From positions 74,718 to 116,530 of the forward strand of contig WELA01000201.1 of NCBI GenBank assembly GCA_009602735.1: 41,813 bases of DNA, written 5' to 3'. Within the stretch, counting starts at the first letter, position 1, and the number at the start of each line of letters is the position of its first letter. This DNA comes from Mesotaenium endlicherianum. Taxonomy: Eukaryota. The notes under the pieces were generated by a model. That model searched no databases, was not told the DNA's origin, and saw nothing but the letters and a program-made list of their open reading frames with translations. Position numbers and translations under genes: made by a program. Of the stretch, positions 23,404-36,400 are shown piece after piece.

Positions 23404-26400
23404 NCCCTTAATTACCAAAAGAAACCAAAAACAAAACAAGGCAAGGGAATAAGATTCAGCAAGCATGGTCCACGAGCTGGCTCGTCGCCCTTCCTGGGGG
23501 TGAAACAATCACGGGGGGACAAAAGGAAGGGGGGGGCGGGGGGCAAAACAGGAAGCGGACCTGCTGAGGGCCCATATGTCCTGAGGGCCCAGTGAAAGGC
23601 GGGTGGCCGAAGTGGGCGGGCGGGAACGCGCCAAAAGGGAACCCGCTCTGCTGCATCATGGCCAGCTGCGACTGCAGGTACTGGGCCTGGGCGGCCGCAG
23701 AGGCAGGCCCGTTGCCCGTGCTGCCACCTGGCCCCCCCATGTTGCCAGGGGCTGCGCCTGCCCCGCCAGCAGGGCCACCCGCAAGGGCACCGCCGCCACT
23801 GCCGCCCCCGCCCTGGGGACCGGCACCAGCACCAGCACCAGCCACGGGGCCGCCAGGTGGCATTCCGGAAGCCCCTCCGGCCCCGCCCCCCCCTCCAGCA
23901 GCTCCCTGCTGCTGCGACGCGTACGCAAACATGTGGCCAGCCTGTGCACACAGAGCAGATGCACGGGCAGCAGCAGCGGCGTCAGCAACATCTTACATGC
24001 ACACCCGGCTGGCCGGCAGGCAGGCAAGCAGGCAGGCAGGCAGGCCTGCGGCCAAATTGATAGTCTCCAAATTACAGGCCACACAGAGGGCACTCTATGA
24101 TGCCTGCATGCCGAAACCTCCTGCCGATACTTCACCACTCGGAAGAAAGAGCAAAGCAAGCACAGCAGCTCAGGCAAGGGCAGCAGCCAGCACATTGCAC
24201 TGCACCAGCAGAAGGTGCACACTTTCATTGCGCGTGCCCAGCAGAACTAGTCATCCAGCAAAAGCACCTGAGACAGCTGTGAACTACTGCCAAAAAAGGC
24301 CAGAGGAAAAGCACAGGCACGGAGAATCTCAACGACCACCTGCGCGAGGGCGAGGCGAAGGCACTCTTTCCCTGTTAGGCAAGAGGGGAAGGGAAAGGAA
24401 AGCCAGGAGGCCGGCACTTACCGGCATGGAAAGAGCGCCCCCCTGCTGCTGCTGCCCGTGAGGCAGCCCCTGGTGCTGCTGCTGCTGCTGCTGCTGCTGC
24501 TGCGCAGGGGGCTGCTGCTGCTGCTGCTGCTGTAAGTGCGCCTGCGCCTGCTGCAGCTTCCTAGGAATAGCCTCAGTGAAGCCTGAAGCTGCCGAGGCTC
24601 GGTCCTTGCCCAGGCTGCTGGGGGGCCCAGACAAGCCCAGAGGAGGGCCTCCCCCGTGCCCCCCCCCCCTCTCAGGCCCGCCCCCCAGACTGNNNNNNNN
24701 NNNNNNNNNNNNNNNNNNNNNNNNNNNNNNNNNNNNNNNNNNNNNNNNNNNNNNNNNNNNNNNNNNNNNNNNNNNNNNNNNNNNNNNNNNNNNNNNNNNN
24801 NNNNNNNNNNNNNNNNNNNNNNNNNNNNNNNNNNNNNNNNNNNNNNNNNNNNNNNNNNNNNNNNNNNNNNNNNNNNNNNNNNNNNNNNNNNNNNNNNNNN
24901 NNNNNNNNNNNNNNNNNNNNNNNNNNNNNNNNNNNNNNNNNNNNNNNNNNNNNNNNNNNNNNNNNNNNNNNNNNNNNNNNNNNNNNNNNNNNNNNNNNNN
25001 NNNNNNNNNNNNNNNNNNNNNNNNNNNNNNNNNNNNNNNNNNNNNNNNNNNNNNNNNNNNNNNNNNNNNNNNNNNNNNNNNNNNNNNNNNNNNNNNNNNN
25101 NNNNNNNNNNNNNNNNNNNNNNNNNNNNNNNNNNNNNNNNNNNNNNNNNNNNNNNNNNNNNNNNNNNNNNNNNNNNNNNNTCCCCCACCCCCTCCACCTC
25201 CCCCTCCCCCTCCCATCCCCCCGTAGAGCGCTTCGTTGGGAGGTACGGGCATGTTGAGGCCGTAGGGCTTCCCCCCACTGCCCCCGCCCCCATAGGCGCC
25301 GTAGTACTGGCTGTGGTACGCATGGCGCTGCATCTGCTGCTGGTACCCAATGAAGTGGGCGATGTACACGTGCGACGCGCACCGCTTCCACGGCCGCCGC
25401 GGGGGGTGCATGTACGAGAACTGCAGCAGCACCAGACACGCACGCACACGCACGCACACGCACGCACGCACAGACGCACGCACGCAAGACGTGCATACGC
25501 GCACACACGCAGAAAGAAAGGAAGAGCGAGAGGGAGAGAGGGAGGGAGGAGGGGGGGGAAGGGGGGGGGAGGAGCGCAGTGAGACGGGGGGCACATGGCA
25601 CAGGACCACAGGGCTCCCCTGTCCTACTTGTGAGCACCCCACAGACGGCCCCCCATGGCTTCTTCATGCTTAAGGCCGCAATTCATCACGCACGCACACA
25701 AAACCAGGGGGAAGAAACCAGAGGAAGAGCTTTCAGAAGGATCACATTTGAGGCCCCAGAACCGCTCCCCTCCTGGCGATCAGACGGAGACAGCGGCAGG
25801 GATAGCTAGGGAGGGTCTGGGCAGATGGTACCTGAGGACCAGCAGCAACAGGCTCCTCGCGAGCAGCGGGCGCTGGAGGTGGAGGAGGAGCGGGCGCAGG
25901 AGCAGGAGCAGCAGGCGGCCATGCAGCTGCCACAGCAGCCGCCGCTGCGGCTGCAGGCGGATAGAACCTGCAGGAGGAAGAAGAAGAAGAAGCACAAGGA
26001 AACCCACCCGCGCTTCGTGTAAGACAGGCATGACTTGGGACTAGGTGCACACGCAATGCAAGGTCTCACCAACACAAAACCCACATGTATCCCCACTTTC
26101 CCCCATAAGAACAAGCACCCAGAAGAAAGGCACACACCAGCTCCCATCCCAGCTGGAGCAACAGAGGAGCCACAGTGCTTCACTGTTGCCCAGCACGCGC
26201 AGCAGGCGCTTAAATTCCCAAACAGAGGGAGGGCCAAGGCAGACATCCAAGAGTGGCTGCTGACACTGCTATCCAGACCCAAGCATGATGCGTGCATTCT
26301 GTGGGGCAAGCAGTGGCAGCAGCAGGAAGCAGTGGCAGAGAAGGAGGAGGCTGCCCATGGCACTGACCCCATGGACGACAGGCTGCCGGGCCAGCCCCCC

Positions 26401-29400
26401 AGGCCCATGGACATGGGCACGTTGACGGCGGCGGTCCCAGCGCTCTGCGCTGCTGCCGCGGCCGCCGCTGCTGCGGCTGCTGCCGCCGCTGCATTGCTGG
26501 GGGCTTGGGCGACAGGCATGGGCTGGAAGTGCTGCTGCGCCACCGTTGCGGCTGCAACTGCCGCCGCCGGTGGTGGTGGTGGTGCTGCTGCTGCTGCGGC
26601 CGCTCCTGCCGCTTCTGCCGCTGGTGGTGGTGGTGCTGCTGCTGGTACTGCTGGTGCCGGACTGGAAGGAGCATGAGGAGGTCCTGCGGCAAGCATCGCC
26701 ATGCCTGCTGCCAGCCATACCAGGGTGCAGCCAGTGTGCACGCCCACGGCAGTCAGAACTCCAGCTCACACTGCTCAACTGCATGCGCTGACTGCATGCA
26801 CAAACTCATGGCAGCAGTGATAGCAGCACCATGCGTTGTTACTCATTGTCACCGCCCCCCCCTCATGGACCACACGATACCATACGTGAGCAGCTGGCAG
26901 AGTGGCATCCTCAGACATGGAGCCAAGTATGCGCAGCGAGCGAAGAAAAGCCACCATAAGTTCCAGTATGGGGGCACTGTGTACCAACATTGGGTAGGCG
27001 GGGTATGATAGCATGAACATAGAGCGCATACAGACAAGAGCAACGTGGACGCAGCAGCAGAGGCTATGTGCATCACTGTCCAGCCACTTTAATCAATTGC
27101 CTCTGCAACTGCCTCTGCAGAGGTACATGGCGACTACTGAGCAGATTCCCTTCAAAGCCCCGAGAGGAAGGCTTGCCCAGGAAGCTTACCTGCTCTGTCA
27201 GGCTTGGAGCCCTTTGAGTCAGACTTGGGCAGCCGGGGGCCTCTCTGGCCAGCTCCCCTTGCAGGAGTAGTATGCTCCGCCTTTTCTCTTCCATCTCGTT
27301 CTCTTTCCCTCTCCCTCTCCCTCTCTCTCTCCCTCTCCCTCTCCTCCTTCACAGCCTCCCTCTGCAGCTCCTTCTTGCTCTCCCTTTGCCTCTCCAGATC
27401 CTGCTCACCCTGCTCTTCTCCTCTCTCTGCCTCCCTCTCTGCCCATCCCTTTTCTGGCTCCCTGTCCCTCTCTTTCTCCTGCTCCTCGTCTTTCTCCCCC
27501 GTGTCTTCCTTCTTCGGCTGAGGAGGAGCCTTCTCCTTCTCCTTCTCAGGCAGCACATGTGTGAACAACCTCTGAGGCATCTCTTCCTGCAGAGCAGTAG
27601 ACGACAGGCCTTCTATCATAATCTTTCACACACGAAGCAATTTGGTTGTTCGTTCTCGCAAAGTTGTGTATACGAGGAACAGACGCAACGCTTGTTGGCG
27701 GTGCACTGATAGCGGTATCCTACAACAATCTGCATGATGCCATGCTTGGTTGGTTCTCTGCAACACCCATGGTCTTCCCCAAGCATTGCTCGAGTAGGTG
27801 CTGCACAACCAACTAGGTTGACAGGTCACTGACAACTTTGAACCTATGTGAGCTCAAGACTACTGGTAAGGCTGTTCGACTGACCTGAGACTTGTCGTGT
27901 GGTGGTGGCTGTGACGTCCCCTCCATGTCTTCCTCTGCCAATCCCCTTTCCGACCTCTTGGGGGGAGCCTGACCACCGACCACTCATGACAAGATGCAAG
28001 TTTGTCAGCAGCAGCAAGACACGCGGGTAATGCAGTACTAGGCCAGTCTCCTGTAACTGGTGGCCTCGATGTGTCTCCCAATGACGGTATGGAGTGCATA
28101 AAGCAACATGCAGATTTGGGGGAGCAGAGATCGTACCATCAGGTCAATGTCAAGCTTGGGTTGCCTCATGGGCTCGCCCACCAATGGTCTCGTCGATCTG
28201 CTCAACAGTTATCACCCAAATATGGGGGTCAACTTTGCCTCAGAAAGCACGTATAGAAACCATTTCACAATGTCGGGCATTCGGCCATGAATTTTGTGAT
28301 TGAAGTGAGCATACAATGTTGGTAGTGAGCCTACTAACATAAGAGGACCTTTGATTAGATGGTCAGAAAGGCTCTGAAGGAGGGCCACAACAGCATACCT
28401 CTTGCCAACTTCTGATGACGGAGGTCGATCCTTCCCACCCAAGGCTGCATCCCCTTCATGGACGAAATCTCTTCTATATGCCTCTTTTGACCCATTCGTG
28501 GCTTCCCCCAGCCTGCCTTCATCAGCTCCATTATCTGAAGCTGCAACCTCTCCCCTCACCCCACCCTTGCTCCCCTTCTTGTCCCCCGTTCTCTTCCCCG
28601 AGTCTAACTTTGCAAAGTGAGAAGCTTTCCTCTCACCACCTCCTCCCTTCTTCTCCGACACTACATTCTTCTCCTTGGGATCAGCTTTGGGCCTTTGGAA
28701 CAACATGGGGGCTTCAAAATCCTCTGAAGCTGGTGCTTTCTGGTGAGAACCTGGCCCGGGATTGTACACCTCTTCCCTAGCACTGCTCTCACCCCCCACC
28801 TCACCCTTTCCAGACTTGACAGGAGGAGCACCACCTGGTGCTGTGAGAGGAACATCTGCCGGGGCTCGACGATGGCCATCTTCAGCACGTGCACGCACTC
28901 GAGGCCGCTTTCTCTTGGGATGTGGGACTGCCAAACAGAGACGTGTCACTCAATGTCCTGGTCCTCACTGGCATTATTATCCAGCGAGCAATGAGCTGCC
29001 TAGGCGGGGAGCCATGCTCTTTCTACATTCTGACAAGCGCTACTTGGAAGGCCCTGAAGCTCCCACAGCTCCAACTCAATGCTTCTCAGGGCGTCCTGAT
29101 TTTGGCAAGCTGCCAGAGACAGTTTTCATGTGTCCAATGTGTTCTGCCCCCCCTTCTTGATCATCTACAACACAAAATGAATAGAGTCACAGAAGAACTT
29201 ACCCTGAAGAAGAGGGCCTGATGGTGCATCGGAAGTCTGCATTGCTCCACTCACCAGCTTCTCATCCTGCCCTATCTCTTCCTGAACTTCTTCCTTGCCC
29301 TCAGGTCTAACTTCGTTCATATCCACCTTAGCTGCATCTCCTCCATAACTTTTCTGAACAGGTGATTGGCTGGAAGGTGCACTTGAGCTTGCAAATAAGT

Positions 29401-31447
29401 TAGCCAAGTCAAACAGGGCATTGGCGACTTCAACTTCTTGTTCTGAGACTGACGGAGGAGGAGTCGAGGCCTTCTCCGGAGCCTGGCCCAGTCCCAAGTC
29501 AGATATGACCAAATTAGGCTTCCCGCATGCCCTACATTGAAAAAGTCAGTAGCCATCCCACTTTCCCTCAAGGATCATTCCAACTACCAACTACCCATCT
29601 TGATTGCCTCGACTTGCCACTAATGCCTCTTTTTTATGGGATTCAACCAATCTTTCTGTCAGTTAACCACCACCTGACCACCACCCACCTACAATAGTCA
29701 TAATATACGGCACCAATGTTCAGCCATGAGAGTATCCCCAGAGTGCCATAATCTGACCGGTTTGTGGACCCCATCTGGAGCAAGAATGGCACCCTCTGAG
29801 GGATTGCTATACATGCGGACAAACTCAGCATTGCTCAGGACCCTTACTTACCTTACTAGTCTTAGGAAGTCGAGGCTTGGTCATTTGAGGAACCCTCTGC
29901 AATGAGCACCAGAAACAGCACTTCAGCCATATGCTTTCAAGGCAATAAGTGGAGCATTCTTGCTGAAGGAATATCACATGTTTTTGTGGAAAGACGATCT
30001 TACCATTCTTTTGCCTGATTTGGGACCAGTGTTCAACGCAGCTGATGGTCCAGCTACAGCACTTGAAACAACTACTCTTGCAATGGCAGCAGCTGCTACT
30101 AATGTTGTCGCAGTGCTGGGGGACGCAGAGACTTCTCTTGGACTCGTACATGATGAGGCTCTCGGATTGACCTTTGAATCAGGCTTGTGAGATTGAGAAT
30201 CTGCCGGTACCGAGTTTGAATGGTCGCTATTTCGCTTCCTAGTTTCTGCACAAAAGAAGAATAAGACCCAGAATTAGCATAGACGATGATTATATGGTGA
30301 CAGCACGTAAGGCCCTCTTACCCTTCTTTCAAGCTCACAAATATTCCATTCACGTGACTTCATTATCCATAAGGTTACACATCGGCTTAAAGGCTCCCTG
30401 ATGACAAACCTGTCCTGGCTTTCCTTGGAACAGCTGGCAATGGCAGGGCTGCCCCCTCCAGCTCCTGAGTCTGTGAGGAAGCACAAAGAGCAACTCCATT
30501 AGGCGAGGCGAGTACACGCTACATGCTATCCTTTTGACCAGAGTACTCAATCAGTGACTAACAGTAACAAATGGCTCCTCTAAAATCTAGTTCATATTTC
30601 AGCTAACCATGTTTGCCTTTCCTCCTATAAGGTACTCAAAGCAACCTGCTGAAATCTATCAGGTGGTAAGTACTACTGACCTTTGGTATCATCATGCGCG
30701 GTTTCCCAGGCCGCCTACTAACTACGTGCAATGCCTCTTCTTCATCAGATTGTGCTAATTCTGCAAACTCCTCCTCCTCGTCACAATCATCAGGTGGTGT
30801 ACTAGTTCTGGGCAAGGCTTCACTAGAGACTGGCCGTTTCCGCTTATTTCTTGGCCCACTTAACCCAGCTATTCCAATGGGACCTGGCAACCCATCCTTC
30901 CTAGAACGCTCCCGAAGTCTGGAGTTTTGCATGTCTTCCCCCAGGTCGTCGTCATCGACAGCTGCATGCACTACACCACGAAACTGAGTAAGAAGCGAGC
31001 ATCCCATTATCAACAAATTCCCTATTCACACGACTAGAAAGAGGTTGATGACAAGTTTTCTACGACCTACATAGTTGACTATGGACTGGACACTTATAAG
31101 TCCCGGTCATTCAAGACATCCCAAAGCAGGAACTCAGAACGTGGTACAGGAATCGCAGGTTTGTTGGCAATAACCGCTGTTAGTACTACACTGAACACCA
31201 GCCACCACCTCGAAAGTCCATCCTTGCTGAAAACAGCAGTACGCTGACATAAGAGCCTGTGATTCAGTGACTCTACAGGACTTCCAAATTGTATGGTATT
31301 CTATATCAAGATAGTTGATTCGAGCTCAAGCTAGTAACTATATCAGATACCTGCGGGTTCTTTCAAACCAGCAGTCCGAGGCCGACGTAGCGGTGCAACA
31401 GGACCTCCTCCAGGATTGCGTCTAGCATCTCTGTTCTTCTCCATCAT
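18699..31447 (-). CDS. TIC: TIME FOR COFFEE (TIC/TKL family) nuclear circadian-clock regulator homolog, ~2,500-2,650 aa
   Basis: Exons 31447-31351, 30961-30681, 30470-30410, 30245-30004, 29896-29852, 29482-29203, 28927-28399, 28197-28137, 27968-27885, 27586-27190, 26683-26368, 25967-25832, 25420-24422 (contains gap), 23941-23561, 23174-19682 and 19252-18699; phases are consistent. TIC-type motifs occur in the expected order: MMEKNRDARR, VPRKART, EQEVEVANALFDLA, PKRKRPR, KLDIDLM-APP, GWPGSLSSMG, KRCASHVYIAHFI, QYLQSQLAMMQQSGFPF. Confidence 0.9.
23312..23407. repeat. ~95-nt C homopolymer (poly-G on TIC sense strand) in a TIC intron
   Basis: Seen directly, with one N at 23404. Confidence 0.9.
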
Positions 31448-33454
31448 TAAGGGATCAAGATTACAAGTTTGATACCGGTTGAAGATTCATGACCTTTCCT
31501 GAACCACAATGAACACAAGCAATTGGGACACAAGTCTCCCTCCATCTTCATGCAGTATAGCAAGACGACTTCATGCCAGCTTCTTACCGAAGCACGCACC
31601 CGCTGCAAAGCAAATGCACTCGTGAAACAAAAAATTTCGTACAAGAGTTGAAGTTGCAACTTAAGGGTAACGTTTAGGTAAGAAAGACGGTACCCATGGA
31701 ATATTACCCCATGAAAGTAATGCTACCAGCAAGTCGCAACACAAAAGCGATCTGTGCTCTGCAGTGCCCTGGTACAGAAAGCGGAGAGCTGACGTGGTAC
31801 TTTGCCTGCACCATATAGCTTGGTATCTCGCCCGAAGTGAAAGAGCGGCTCTGAGGCCCCAGCTCGAGGGCTAAAGACATAGATTACGAGGGGCTATGTT
31901 GAGTTGTGTTTCAATACTTTATTGAAGTTCAAAATGAGGGAACACATCAATGCTCATTAGAAGCTGATTAAGGCAGAATTAGGCATACTTCGTGTCCACA
32001 GATAGTCTATATCGACTTTTAAGCTGGTCATCCATCGATCCTTTCCATCTTGACGGTAGAAAACAATAAGTGAATTTTGGACGAGCACGATGTCTCCTTA
32101 AAAATGTCTCCGCTGCTCAATTTTTCCATGGATAGTCGTAAATACATGCAAATGATTGGATCAGATTAATATGAAGTCCAAGATGAGCGGATAGTTTGTC
32201 CCGGGTGCCCGCAGTGCTTGCCCCCTCCCATCTCAGCACTTTTTCGTTTCAGAACGCGAAGAATCATGTGGCTCGGATTGTGTATCTTATATAGACACAA
32301 CGGCCCGGCCCAAAAACCTCCTGTTCGGGACCCAACTGTAAATCGAGTCAGCTTGTCATTTCTGCCCTGGGATCCATAAAATCGTCAGAATTTGGCGGTC
32401 AAAATGCCAACTTTAATGCGCCGTCTCACTTCAGCACGTGGCAAGACTTTGAAAATGTTGAGTCAAATTACTCAAAACTTTACACTTGAAGCGCCCACTT
32501 ATCTCCACACTGGCCAGTGGCGAGTGGCGCATAATGGCGCGTGCTGCGCCTAAAATAACCTTCGATCGAAACTCCAGGATGGCCTCCAAGTTCGATCCAA
32601 TGAAAGGGGTGCCTCGGTCAGCTCTGCATGGCCTGCTCTGGCTCAATATCTGGAAGCCCGAAACTTTGGCTTCGCATGCTGTAAGAGTTTCAGCACACAT
32701 GAGCCCTCGATTAGGTTGCTCTAGCAGCATCCCCCTATTCGGATCTGAGGCCACTTGCCACTCTAGAAGGAGGCGCTGACGCAGCGCCATCTTGAGAACT
32801 TTGGCCTTGTTCGGCATTGTGCAAGTGTGTGCAACCAATCGGAGGCGACCATGGAGACCCCAAGCAGCTGGACAAACTTCAGAAGGTTTCGATCAGTTTC
32901 GATGGCTCTCGAATGCCCCTCGATTGGAAACGATCCAGGGAGGTCGGAACTCATTTGAGCCGTAGATGTTACATGTCGGTGCTGCCTCAGCACCTAACGT
33001 TGAAAGCAAATCGATTGTTCGTCGATCTCGATCGGTACTTTTTCGTACCGACAGAAAATCGTGAAACATCGGCTTCTATGGGCCCGAATCGACTTCAATC
33101 GGCTTTAATGGGGCTTCTTCCGCTACCTGAAACGCGGACACCATGCGGCCAGCTGGCCACGATTGGTCAGGTATTGACTTTTATATGGTTTTATTTCGGG
33201 TCTTATTTCTGATCAAAGAAATTTTTGAGATATATATCCTGTTATCGACATTCACATCAAAATGTTGACCATCTTTGGCCAACGTGGAAGGAGATGGATG
33301 TTACATGCCGAATAATGGAAGACAACTTCGCATCTACGACGTATATAGGTCCTGGGCACACATTCTAGTCGCTACTTAATGCAGACAGAGCTTTTTGTCA
33401 CGCGACTTGCAAGCCTGCGGAGCTGCCCATCCCTTCTTCCTTCAGGTGGACTCC
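31448..33454. promoter_or_regulatory. Putative divergent promoter/5'UTR region between TIC and the AhpC/TSA-like gene
   Basis: Head-to-head arrangement, lower GC, and site-II-like GGCCCA/TGGGCC motifs near 32307 and 33080. Confidence 0.4.
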
Positions 33455-36400
33455 ATGGCTTGCTGTCAACTGCAGCACACATTTTCTGCTAATATATTAG
33501 AGCAGCAATTGAAGAAGACGTCAGCAGGTCCGCTTGTCTATCATAAGCCTCAGGAAATGAGGAATTGCTGAGTTTTTATTATCGTGCACTGATTCATGAC
33601 AATGCCTGGATCATGATCTGTACGCGACAATATGCGTCTGCATCTTCCGTGTTTCGCATGATGGGAGACACATAAGCACCTTCTTACTGTCTCCTTGGCG
33701 TCTTGCTGAGTCGCAGGGCAGGCAGCTATGGGAAAGAAACTCAGAGACCCTATGGTGTATATGCCCGTCCTTTGAGGTTGAAAACCCTAAAGGGCCTTCA
33801 CTGCCAGCTCCTGACATCTGCATGGCACGACCTTGCTGCCCTCGGTTCCCAAAGAGCCTCTGCAAGAAGAAAAACAACAGTCCCTGTGGGTGGAAGTGCC
33901 CGAGCTAGTGCAAGCTACGAAGCCCTCAAGGGCTATGAAGTGCTCAAGGCCTCCACTGGTGAGGCTGGTTATCCTGCTTTTGCTGCCCAATGCATCAATG
34001 TTAGTGCTATCCAGTCATGGAGTTTGAAGGAAGGAAGATGGACGTCAGCAAAGTATCTATACTGCTGCTACTCCTTGCTTTATAGACGCTAGTAGGGTTT
34101 ATGGAAACGCAGGTCTTAGGAGGGGCATGGCCACCTGTGCCAGAGATGGTGTTGCGTGGGAGACCTAGGTGACAATGCTTGCTCCAGCACTGGTTTTTTG
34201 GGACCAATGGTAATGGCAATTTGAGTGAGACAAAACTCTGAACCCCTATTGCAAGCTACAAATTAAGCAGCTGCATGTCTGACCCTCGGTGAGATACATG
34301 CCTTCACGTGCCAATCCTGGAGCTGCTTCTGTGCGCGACTTGTGCCGCGCTGCTGTCTCTTCCTGCTGTCAGCCCAGCTTCCAAGTGCTGCAAGGAGGTA
34401 CTGTGGACAGGTACTAGAGTAGAAAGTATAGAGTGATGCCTCTGTGTGTAAGGCGTGGCAATGTACTGCTTTTGCCAATTGCTGCATCAAGGCAGGCATT
34501 ACCCTGACCCTAAACCCTAGCCCTAGCCCGAACCCTGCTGGCAAGGACACGGGGCCAGGTTTCACTTCCCTGTCCCAGCAAAAAGGAGTCCTCCTCCTCT
34601 AGCTTGCCCTTTCCCCCCTTTTCCCCTCCCCCCGCCCCCCCCTNNNNNNNNNNNNNNNNNNNNNNNNNNNNNNNNNNNNNNNNNNNNNNNNNNNNNNNNN
34701 NNNNNNNNNNNNNNNNNNNNNNNNNNNNNNNNNNNNNNNNNNNNNNNNNNNNNNNNNNNNNNNNNNNNNNNNNNNNNNNNNNNNNNNNNNNNNNNNNNNN
34801 NNNNNNNNNNNNNNNNNNNNNNNNNNNNNNNNNNNNNNNNNNNNNNNNNNNNNNNNNNNNNNNNNNNNNNNNNNNNNNNNNNNNNNNNNNNNNNNNNNNN
34901 NNNNNNNNNNNNNNNNNNNNNNNNNNNNNNNNNNNNNNNNNNNNNNNNNNNNNNNNNNNNNNNNNNNNNNNNNNNNNNNNNNNNNNNNNNNNNNNNNNNN
35001 NNNNNNNNNNNNNNNNNNNNNNNNNNNNNNNNNNNNNNNNNNNNNNNNNNNNNNNNNNNNNNNNNNNNNNNNNNNNNNNNNNNNNNNNNNNNNNNNNNNN
35101 NNNNNNNNNNNNNNNNNNNNNNNNNNNNNNNNNNNNNNNNNNNNNNNNNNNNNNNNNNNNNNNNNNNNNNNNNNNNNNNNNNNNNNNNNNNNNNNNNNNN
35201 NNNNNNNNNNNNNNNNNNNNNNNNNNNNNNNNNNNNNNNNNNNNNNNNNNNNNNNNNNNNNNNNNNNNNNNNNNNNNNNNNNNNNNNNNNNNNNNNNNNN
35301 NNNNNNNNNNNNNNNNNNNNNNNNNNNNNNNNNNNNNNNNNNNNNNNNNNNNNNNNNNNNNNNNNNNNNNNNNNNNNNNNNNNNNNNNNNNNNNNNNNNN
35401 NNNNNNNNNNNNNNNNNNNNNNNNNNNNNNNNNNNNNNNNNNNNNNNNNNNNNNNNNNNNNNNNNNNNNCCCCCGGGGGGGGGATGCGTGCCCCCTCAGG
35501 AGCGCGTTGTGGCAGCACCCTACTCAAATGGTTGCTCTGCTCTTCTCTGCTCTGCTCTTGCCTTCAGTCTCTGCTCTTCTCTTCCTTCACGCCCGTGCAA
35601 AGCGTTCTGACAGCCTTAAATCGAGATGAGGCCTTTGCTCTCCTTTGTTCTCTCTCCTCTGCTTCGCTCTGAACGCTTTGCGGGGGGGGGTGGGGGCCAG
35701 GTGAGCGTGTGGAGCTCTTGTCTTTGTGGCAGCCGGCGCCCGGCAGGAAGGTTGTGGTGGCGTTTCTCACCCACTTTGCGGACCTGAGCTCGTGGGAGTA
35801 TGCGCAGCAGCTCGTCAAGGTCTCTTTCCCCCTTTTCATTTCCCTCTTCCCTCTCCCAATTTCCCTTTCTCTTGGCCCCTTCTTGTCCCTCTTGCTTTCC
35901 CCCTTCCTCTTGTTATCTTTTCCCCCTCCCTCTCCCTCTCCTCCCCTCGCCTCCCCATCTCCCTTTCCCTTTGACCCTCTCCCTCTATTCCCCTACCCAT
36001 CTTCCTTTCTCTTGCCCCCTCACCGTTCCTCTCCCACTCCCTCTCCCTCTTCCCCTCCCTCTCCCCCTCCTTCCTCTCCCTCTGCTCCCTCTCCCTTTCT
36101 CCCTCGCACTCCCTCCCTCCCTCTCCCTGCCCCTCTCTCCCACTTCCACTCCCTCTCCCTGTCTCCCTCCCCCTCGCTCTCCCGCGCCCCCCCTTATTCT
36201 TGCTCTCCAGTCTCTCACTCCCCTCTCCTTGTGCCCCTCCCTCTTCCTCTCCCTCTCCCTCTCCTCCTCCGCGTCTTTCCCTCCTTCCTTCTCCCTCCCT
36301 CTCCCCCTGCTGCATTTCCTGCCGATCCCAGACTTCTCAAAGGAACCTCATTCCTATGACTGCTTAGCGATTCCCTCCCACGATCCTGGTCCGACAAAGC

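Larger units (their letters stand above)
3488..35469. other. Assembly gaps at 3488-3929, 7845-8026, 11421-11464, 24693-25180 and 34644-35469
   Basis: N runs, each flanked by G- or C-rich/homopolymer sequence. Confidence 0.98.

Noticed and set aside
29041..29164. Possible extra TIC exon after a 38-nt intron
   Set aside because: The phase-1 frame reaches TGA, and exon 6 joins cleanly to the PKRKRPR exon at 28927.
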